64,000 nucleotides of DNA from contig OX597835.1 in assembly GCA_951406725.2 (NCBI GenBank), positions 45,694,001 to 45,758,000 on the forward strand, written 5' to 3'. Below are positions 54,855-64,000 of the stretch, one piece after another (position 1 is the first letter of the stretch; the number at the start of each line of letters is the position of its first letter). Position numbers and translations under genes: made by a program. The notes below the pieces were generated by a model, which saw only the letters and a program-made list of their open reading frames with translations, searched no databases and had not been told where the DNA came from. This DNA comes from Octopus vulgaris. Lineage: Eukaryota.

Positions 54855-54871
54855 GTAGATAGATAGATAGG

Positions 54872-54940
<69 letters not shown>

Positions 54941-55064
54941 TGATAGATAGATAGATTGATAGATTGATAGATAGATAGATTGATAGATAGATAGATAGAT
55001 AGGTAGATAGATAGATAGGTAGATAGGTAGATAGATAGATAGATTGATAGATAGATAGATAGAT
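54697..55064. repeat. (GATA)n array
   Basis: Direct inspection. Confidence 0.95.
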
Positions 55065-56008
55065 ATACATGACAAGTTTCCACACGGTTTCTGGCTTCTC
55101 TTTGCTAAATTCACTCAGAAAACTTCGGTCAACGCGAAACGACAGAAGTAGATAATTCCCCGACATGGACTAAATGAGACTGAACCCGAAACATCATGGT
55201 TCTTTTTAAGCACAAACCTATACCTGCAACTAGTGAACATAACATATTTATGATATTTATTGTGATTACTGTGGAGACGCATTCTATTTCTCTGATAATT
55301 TCGTAATTTTAGTTATATTACTAATTTCAGCACCTTTGTGTATTTCGGGCTATTTATGGTCGATCAACAAAATGGCGAGAATTGAAGTGGCAGTTGCGGT
55401 GGAGTAACATTTTTAGGTCATTTACTTAATTGCTGGAATAACTGGGACACTGTGTTTGTTACTGAAACTGCTTGTGGTGCCGGTGTTGTTACTTTTACTG
55501 TTGATACCTTTATAGTTTTGTTTAAATTCTTAATCCGACTAATTACAGTGCATACAATTTACTCTTGATTTCTGATTTATGTTTCCCTCATTTGTGCTTC
55601 TCTTGTTTTTATTTTTTTGTGTCTGAATTCCTTGTTTACTCGTTTGCTGTCAAGATTTATTTCGGCCGCCTGTGTTGTTGATGTATTTCTTCTGGGATTG
55701 TCTCTGATTTCCGTCAAATTAACAATGTCTGTTCTTACGGTGTTTAATTGGGATGTAAGCATATGTTCTGTTGTGGTAATTGATTTTTTAATGAGTTTGT
55801 AATTACTGTGGTTAATGTATGCGCACTAGTGCTGAAGTTGGTGTCTGAGGAGCTATTAAATTCCAAGTGAGCTCCGTTGTTTGTGTTATATTTTGGAGTT
55901 AATAGAATTTATTTTCGTCACATCTTTTCCATTCTTCACGAGAGTAAAACTAATACACCTGCCTGTGCTTCTTTCACCTGTCTTCGTCTTTTGTTTTCTG
56001 TAAATTTG

Positions 56009-56078
<70 letters not shown>

Positions 56079-56590
56079 GTCTGCGTCTTCTTTTTTGGCC
56101 CTCACTACCACTGCATGATATATGTTGTCGGTGTTTTTACGTACCTATAACTTAGCGTTTCAGCAAAACGGACCGATAGTGTAAATACTAGTCTTCAAAT
56201 AGTTGAGACCTAAGTTCCATTTGTTGGACTAAACCTCATTATGACGGCGGCCCAACGCGGCAGCAGTGAAATGGCTGAAACAAGTTAAAGATCAATAGAG
56301 ATGAATAATAGGAAGTTGAGTGGACGATATTCCGTATGTAAATCACTACAATTGCTTTGACGCATCATTACACTCGTAGTGCATTGGTGAGATGATAGAA
56401 CTTACTTAAGGGGATGATACAATTAGCATCGGTGAGATGATACATTTAGCAGAATCACTATCATCCATCAAAAGTGTGAGACGCGTTGCTTCAGGTGATT
56501 ATTTTAAATAAGTCCTTCGTTAAATCATACTGTTCTGTCACTCTATATGAGAACGAATAACCAAAGCAGTCAGCTATTTCCGGTAATTTA

Positions 56591-56656
<66 letters not shown>

Positions 56657-56764
56657 TGCACGCACACACACACACACATAGGCGAAGGAGTGGCTGTGTC
56701 GTAAGTAGTTTTCTTCTTCGTGTATAGTTTTCAATTTTCGGCATGAATTCCACAATTTTGGTGG

Positions 56765-56925
56765 AGGTAGCAAATCGATGACATCGACCCCCAGTGATCA
56801 ACTGGTACTGATTTTACGGGCTCTGAGAGCGGAATTTGGATTCAGAGCGTAAAGACGGGTGAAATGTCGCCAAGCATTCTGCCCTTTGGGTGTGCTAACG
56901 ATTTTGCCAGCGTTTACGGCTTAAA
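56765..56925 (-). mobile_element. SINE family 3 diverged fragment
   Basis: acatcgacccccagtgatcaactggtac...gcggaatttggattcagagcgtaaagacgg...gctaacgattttgccagc. Confidence 0.65.
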
Positions 56926-57051
56926 TTGGACGAGTGTACTGATAATAGCTTCTAGTTCCGTACCGTCAGGTTGTGAGTTTAGATGCGGTCTTTATAATCG
57001 ACGATACACCAAACCAGCAAATCTATAAGACTTGTTCTTATATAATATCTT

Positions 57052-57625
57052 TTCTTTTACTTGTTTCAGTCATGAGACTGCGGCCAAGTTGGGGCACCGC
57101 CTTGACAAATGTTTAGTCGAATGAATCAGAACCACTATTTATTTATTTTTTTCTTAAGCGTGGTACTTAGTTCATCGAACTCTTTTGCTTAACCGCTAGA
57201 TCACGCGGAACGTAAATGCACCGACAATGGTTGTCAAGCGGTGTGAGGGGGCAAACACAGGCACAAAGTCACACACATACACACACACATTGATAGATAG
57301 AAAGAGAGAAAAGGGAGGGAGATAGATAGATTGACTCAGATAGATAGGCAGCCAGACAGATACATACATACATCATACATACATACATTATACATATATA
57401 CATCATACATACTTACATCATACATGCATACGTATATACATGCATACATACATACATACATACATACATACATACATACATACATACATAGAAACATATT
57501 GAAACGGGGCATCTTTCAGGCCCGTCTAACAAATCCACCCAGAAGTCTTTGGCGCCCCAAGTTGCAACGCAGTGAGATTGAATGCGGAACTACATGGTTA
57601 TGAAACCAGCTTCTTATCACACAGA
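57052..57625 (-). mobile_element. Old SINE family 1 copy with expanded internal microsatellite
   Basis: Tail module ~57052-57260, (CATA)n tract, degenerate head ~57505-57625. Confidence 0.65.
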
Positions 57626-58407
57626 ATAATTAAGCTTCATAAATCATGGCAGAATTTCGTCCCTACACTAAATAATACCCGCCGAGGAACATAATCTATA
57701 ATTAAATAACAAACTAAAGAAGAACAATATTTTCCTGTGTCGTGTAATTTGTCATTAAAAATTATTAATAAGTGACATGAACGCAATGACCATGATTCAA
57801 GAACTAAATAATAATTACAAGTTTTGCTAATCGATATAATGGTAACTAATATTTATTTAATCGTTAGCGTTACTGTTGCTTTCGTTAATGATGCGTCTAA
57901 TGCCACTGGGGAAAGTAAGCAAGGTGAACCGATTATATTATTTGCCTCCAACCCATCTTTTTTGCGACTCCACCACCAAATATTATTAACGATTAATTTT
58001 TTGTGCTTTGCTGTTAATCAAACACCAGCAATCTCCGCAACACCGGATCGAGAAAACCAAAAGGACCACCAAGTGTGCCGATGGCTTCGCTTTCTGTTTC
58101 GAAGAATCAGAGCGCAGAAAAAAGTAAGATTAACGCATATATTCTATATGAATGGAGAAGTTATTCGAGTTCATAATCAAGACTTTGGGCGTTCGATTTA
58201 TAACTTCTAGACCCTAGCGAAATGTAATCTATGAAGCGGTGTCGAATAAAATAAGGACAGAAATTGTGTAGAAGCTTAGCTGAGAGTCTGTCTATTCATA
58301 GAGTCAGTCATGTTGCACTACACAACAACATGTATTTTTCCTTGAGCATTATGTTAATGTTACAAAGGTTTCCAAGGTACACTTGTACGTAGTTCGCATC
58401 ATCCCCA

Positions 58408-58566
58408 TTCAGTACAGCAGGGATCGCCACCACCCCCTGCTGGAGCATCGTGGAACTTTAAGGTGTTTTCGCTCTATAAACACACACAACGCTCGGTTTG
58501 GGAATCGAAACCGCGATCCTAAGACCGCGAGTTCGCTGCCCTAACCACTAGGACATTGCGCCGCCA
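58408..58566 (-). mobile_element. SINE family 2 head plus core
   Basis: Reverse complement of 38071-38225 (gggaatcgaaaccgcgatcctaagaccgcgagttcgctgccctaaccact). Confidence 0.85.
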
Positions 58567-58882
58567 TATATATATATATATATATGGGGAGGTGTATATG
58601 TTTGTCTCGGCACCATCACTTGACAAACAATGCTGGTGTGTCTCTGTTCCCATAACTTAACAGTTGGGCAATAAACCGATAGAATAAATACCAATCTTAG
58701 AAAATTATTTAGTCCAGGGATCAATTTATTCGACTGAGACATGATGCTCTAGAATGATCGCGGTCAAGTAACTGTAAGAAGTAAAAGAATAAAAGAAAAA
58801 AGAATATATATATACGTATAGAAAGAACTCCCAGTATTTTGATCGATTGCCCTTTTTTTCGTTTGTCCACTCACTCGTATAT

Positions 58883-58913
<31 letters not shown>

Positions 58914-59338
58914 CATTACCAGAACGTACATAGCTGAATGTGTCAAGGGCTGACCAACACGTTGGAATGTAACTCCTTTCTGGAAATTCTCCCCTGATGA
59001 AATACCCAGGGAAACCAGTTTCAATATGAAAATGTCAAGATAAATTCATTTAATTTGATTTCTGTAACTGAAGTGATTGGATAGTGAAACGGCTGTAGGG
59101 ATAAAAGTTTCGTATTATATTGATTTGAATATCTTTTAATAAACTTATGTCTGCACAATAAGTTCTCCATTTTCTTATTTTTCCTCATTTATGAATAATG
59201 AATATTTGAAATACCAATATGCATCAATACAAAACTAAAGTATTTGGTTTTTACTGAACTCTGGTATAAACCGGAGAACTAGAAAGCGAACATCCCTTAA
59301 AGGATTATAGGTTCTTGGCATGATTAATTATATTTATG

Positions 59339-59394
<56 letters not shown>

Positions 59395-60198
59395 TGTCTG
59401 TCTGTCTGTCTGTGTTTGTGTGTGCGTTGAAGAGAGAGAGAGAGAGGTTGTGCGTTTCTACATGCTTACACACCAGCTCCAATGTGCGATCGATAATTTC
59501 CTTCACATCACACTTCTGTGGAACTCATCTTCATATATGATTCATCCTCCTCCTCATAACTATCAGTAAGATATTGCGTGCACACTGCGACGTTGCCGTT
59601 CAAACAATACACACATCCATCTCAAAAATGTCCGCTCTAGATTAATACAGAGAGACCAGTTCTTACTGAAAACACATATAAACCTCAAAGCAAAAAATAT
59701 TGGTGAAACATTCTCATCAAATGTCAGATACAGTTATTTGAAGCAAACAAAGAAATCTTGTATCTATGGCGCTTAGATATCCTGCTGGTGTGAACATCGT
59801 TACAGAGGTCAAAGAGAAATTGGACATATATGTGAAATGATTGAAGCCTTCATTTTCTGTAGGAAGATTATAGATGCCCATTTGTACGAACGATAATTGC
59901 TAAACTTTGCTTCATTAGTATTTGACTAAGTAAAGATTTGAAAAAACTAGGGCTTTCAGAAAAGAAATCAAACAGCGAGCACATAGGTGACATATTCTTT
60001 ATGTTAACGAAATAGTAAAAATATGCAAGGTTTTGCCGGAGTTCAAAATGTAACATTGTTAAAGTGCCATCTACATTTCAGTGATCGATCATTGTATATT
60101 TGTTATAAATCAATTCCTGTATGGTAAGACCTTAAATAATTAAGGAAGATGAGGTTACACATATGATTGCGTTCCATTGCGTACATCGAAAAAGCACA

Positions 60199-60252
<54 letters not shown>

Positions 60253-60294
60253 TGAATATATGCATGTATGTATCAATCTATCTATTTCTATCTC

Positions 60295-60365
<71 letters not shown>

Positions 60366-61217
60366 CCTATATACAAGTATACACACGTTGGTGTGCGTCG
60401 ATGTGCTTGCGCGTGTTCGTTTATTTGCGTGTGGTTTTATAGGAAACCATCAATCTCCGATGCTACAGAAAATGACAGGTGGTGCATAGCTAAATGGCCA
60501 GCTATGATTGATCAATGCTAACCCGGGGTTAAATGACAACAACAAAAACAACAACAACAGCAAAAAAACATTTATTTTTTATGCTTATTTTTTGTTTGTT
60601 AATCGATGAAAGAATGCAATATAGCAGATAAAAGAGATAATGAATATTTGAGGAGTAGGTACGGCAGATTTTTCACGGAATAAAATAATTACGAATTTCC
60701 CGAACTTGACTTCACACGACCTCACATCAAAGCAACAGATGATGCTTATATACCTAGGGAATATCGAATATACACCTATCACACATAAAGCAATCACAAA
60801 CACACAAGGAAAAGCTGTAAAACATATTAAGTTTTGCCTTCTGGGAAAATAACAAAGGGCGGTATATCACAGGCTGTGTTGAATATTTAAGGCCGTTGAA
60901 TGAATGAGCTTCAACAAACAAAATAATAATAAATGTGAAAAAAGTTTTTAAAAAAAATGAAATAAAATAACAGGAATATTAGGAGAGAAAATAGAAAAAT
61001 GATGTCATTCTGACAAATCTATCCTGGGGAGTTGTCATTTGAATTTTCATTATAATATGTGGAAAATCTACCCGTGTGTAAATATCAAAATGTCACGCAT
61101 TATTGGATCGTAATTAAGAAAAATTAAAAAGTTAATAAATAAAGCATATTCCTACACGCATACAACACATCTTTTTATGTTGCTCGCAAATAATTACTGA
61201 TGTATGTAGCTATCCAA

Positions 61218-61425
61218 AAGCGGTGAGCTGAGAGAATTAGCAGGCCGAACGAAACGGTTGGCGGCATTCCGTCCGTCTTTACGTTTTCATTTCAAATTCC
61301 GCCGGAGTCGACTTTGCCTGTCATCGTTTGTGGGTCGATGAAATAAGTACCAGCTGAGCACTGGGTGTTTATATACCCTCCACCCGCGAAATTGTTGAAC
61401 TTGTAACATATTTGAAACCATTACA
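61218..61425 (+). mobile_element. SINE family 3
   Basis: aagcggtgagctgagagaa...caaattccgccggagtcgactttgcctgtcatcgtttgtgggtcgatgaaataagtaccag. Confidence 0.75.
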
Positions 61426-61554
61426 TGTATCTACTCAGACTTTGCTCTCGCTCTCCCTCCATCTCTCCCTCTCTTTCCCTGTCTCTTTCTAACTATCGAT
61501 CTGTCTACACACAGAAATACACACACATATATATATATAATATTTTTAAAAATA

Positions 61555-61772
61555 TTTTACTTGTTTCAGTCATTAGCCTGCGGCCATGCTGGGGCGCAGC
61601 GTTTAAGAATTTCAATCGAACGAATAGACCACAGTATTTACGGTTTTTAAGCCTGGTATTAATTCCAACAGTGTCTTTTGTCGAACGGCTATGTTACGGC
61701 AGGTAAACACACTGCCCGGCTGTCAAACGGTGGTGGATACAAAAAAATACACAAAGACACACGCACACACAC

Positions 61773-61805
<33 letters not shown>

Positions 61806-61860
61806 TGTATGTATATACGACGGTATTCCTTCAGTATCCGTCTTTGAAATCCACCCACAC
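61555..61860 (-). mobile_element. SINE family 1 diverged copy
   Basis: ttttacttgtttcagtcattagcctgcggccatgctgggg...gtaaacacactg..tgtcaaacgg. Confidence 0.7.
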
Positions 61861-61862
61861 AT

Positions 61863-61941
<79 letters not shown>

Positions 61942-62089
61942 GATGTGTCCTGGCATGTACCCCCTTCAATATCTACCTGTTCGCTATGACTCTTTTATTC
62001 AGTACCAATATTGCTCATGAAAATGGCATTAATATCCGGAACCTTTTCGATGACACCCTCTTTCAAACAAGACTATTTAAATCAGTTAT

Positions 62090-63040
62090 TTTTTTTTAAA
62101 CTTCATCTGAAGTATGTTTACGACTTAGCTGCTACAGCTGATGACTCATTTCTCTTCCAGAATATTGCATCATTCCTGCACAATGCTTCCACGCAAATAG
62201 TATTTACCATCAGCCCCGAAAAGCCTGCGGTGATGCAATATTACTCACGGACAAAACCCTACCGCAGAAACTACATGAAAAACAATGTACCTCAGAAATA
62301 TACATCATGTTTCTGCCATCTTGGACGCATATTTACGGATTCAGCACCTTTGATGAAGACACCTCTAAGTGCAGCAACCCGGTTGCTAATTTGTTTGGAA
62401 GATTCAGTTCTAGGGTATTCACCAACTTATGCCTTCGTTTTCCTACCAAAATTGTAGTATATCGAGCCTCTGTGATCTCCAGACTGCTGAACGGCTGTGA
62501 ATGCTGGCAATTTGTAGACGGCATCTCAAACAGATAGACGTTATTCATGTTAAGAACATTCAAAGAATTTCTTGGCATTTCTTGAGAACAAAAGATTCCC
62601 CACCACGTCATACGTCAATGAGCAGGAATTCCAAGTGTTAAACACATCTTCAAACACTGTCTTCTGCGGATGCCGGATAATTGCCTTCTAGAAATTGTCC
62701 TCTTCGTACAACTCAAAGCTAGAGATTATCATCATAATATCCCCAAAAAGAAATGCAGAGATCAGTTGAAGAAACTTCTCCAAGTGTGCAAACTTCGTTT
62801 ACCTCAGCTTCGAGATCTCTGACAACATCATACGTCTTGGCGCAGGGTTTGCGACGAAGGACTCAATATCTCGGAGCAACGTCGACAACGTCATCTCGAG
62901 GAAAAACGACATCAGCATTAAGCTAAAGCCAACCCCAAAACATTAAACGTTTTGCCTCTTCTGTACGCCGCACAATTTGCGAACTCATAACTGGACCAAA
63001 CAGTAATCCGTCAGCTCACCAAAGAGGAAAACCTTGTCAT
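62090..63040 (+). pseudogene. Decayed RTE-clade LINE RT C-terminal region
   Basis: ..ATADD.., FCHLGRIF (cf. F.YLGS), TKIVVYRASVISRLLNGCECW (cf. TK.KVY.A.V...LLYGCE.W); stops and frameshifts. Confidence 0.75.
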
Positions 63041-63051
63041 CAGCAACAATG

Positions 63052-63152
<101 letters not shown>

Positions 63153-63156
63153 ATAT

Positions 63157-63706
63157 ATGAAAATAACAATGCAATACGAAAGTATTGCTTTCCAGTAAAA
63201 GATAGCCCGTAAGGGTAAAATTATACATATAAAAGTATATAAATGGTACAACGCGGTACCGATATTTACTGGAAAATAGCGATCGTAATAAATACGACGC
63301 TATTGTATAGCTTCACTGCGTATATACTAGCAAAGCCGTGTGTGTGCAACAAACATGAAAAAATTTATCTTACCTCTAGGAGGGACAATGAAAAATGAAA
63401 AACCTAGAAACGGATAATGCAGGACCGGTTTCAGACTCTTCAAATACGTTTGACAACGTAGATTTGATTTGTCCTCATCAGCTGCATATACCTAGACAAA
63501 ATTTCAAATGTTGCCACACCTATGCCAGTACACTCGTCTGAACGCCAAAACGTTAACAGAACGAGAACAGTGAAGAAGTCTCAATGAAAATAATAATGCA
63601 ATACGAAAGTATTGCTTTCCAGTAAAAGATAGACCGTAAGGGTAAAATTATACATATAAAAGTAAATAAATGGTACAACGGGCTATCTTTTACTGGAAAG
63701 CAATAC
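63157..63706 (-). mobile_element. Hammerhead-containing unit bracketed by about 100-120-bp direct repeats (pLTR/retrozyme-like), ending at (TA)n
   Basis: 63157-63275 is repeated at 63584-63700 (427-bp period); hammerhead lies between the repeats. Confidence 0.65.
63417..63487 (-). ncRNA. Type I hammerhead ribozyme with canonical core
   Basis: rc: AUGCAG-CUGAUGA-GGAC(34 nt)GUCU-GAAA-CCGG-U-C-CUGCAU. Perfect 6-bp stem I, 4-bp stem II, palindromic ACCGGU stem III, GUC triplet with predicted cleavage after 63423. Confidence 0.85.
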
Positions 63707-64000
63707 AAACAAAGAAAAAAGACAGAAGAAAGCAAAGGACCACTGATGAGATCACAGAAGCAATTACTCAGCTTTCTTGCGACTGCATTCCACAAAGGTG
63801 ATCTTCTCTTCGAGGCCATAAGGTGTCCAATCTCTCAACAGAGGCTGGTAATGTATAAAGCTAACGTGAAGAACAACTTGTTAAGTATTCATACTGTAGA
63901 GCTTCCTACTGATCGAAAGCGATGCTGTCCTGGACCGTATCTAGAAATCGTGTGTCGAATGAATGACTCTGAACCACAGACATACTTCAGCCTCTGCTCC

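Noticed and set aside
63737-63935. CUGAUGA-GAUCA ... UGAUC-GAAA on the plus strand as a hammerhead
   Set aside because: About 155-nt loop II, and no register gives both a UH triplet and a paired stem I

Overview
AT-rich, microsatellite-saturated animal DNA, intergenic or deep-intronic. The SINE families look cephalopod, probably Octopus (inferred from recall, not from a search). No host protein-coding gene can be supported, and almost all ORFs in the track are simple-repeat artefacts. Contents: (i) a young, 5'-truncated Tx1/L1-clade LINE (about 490 open codons, RT C-terminus plus zinc finger) and a second truncated copy, both inside (TCTA)n arrays; (ii) three tRNA-headed SINE families with swappable 3' tails, one carrying the 3' end of that Tx1 LINE; (iii) a decayed Penelope-like RT gene plus many short repeats that end in (TA)n and carry hammerhead-ribozyme motifs (one canonical at 63417-63487, five minimal ones with variant cores, several degenerate ones); (iv) a U6 snRNA pseudogene abutting a SINE head; (v) Tc1/mariner, Helitron, Helentron/HINE-like, RTE and possible piggyBac remnants; (vi) several long palindromes next to (TA)n arrays; (vii) one unexplained CpG-rich structured island near 51.3 kb. 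Everything was read by eye, so repeat boundaries are approximate.
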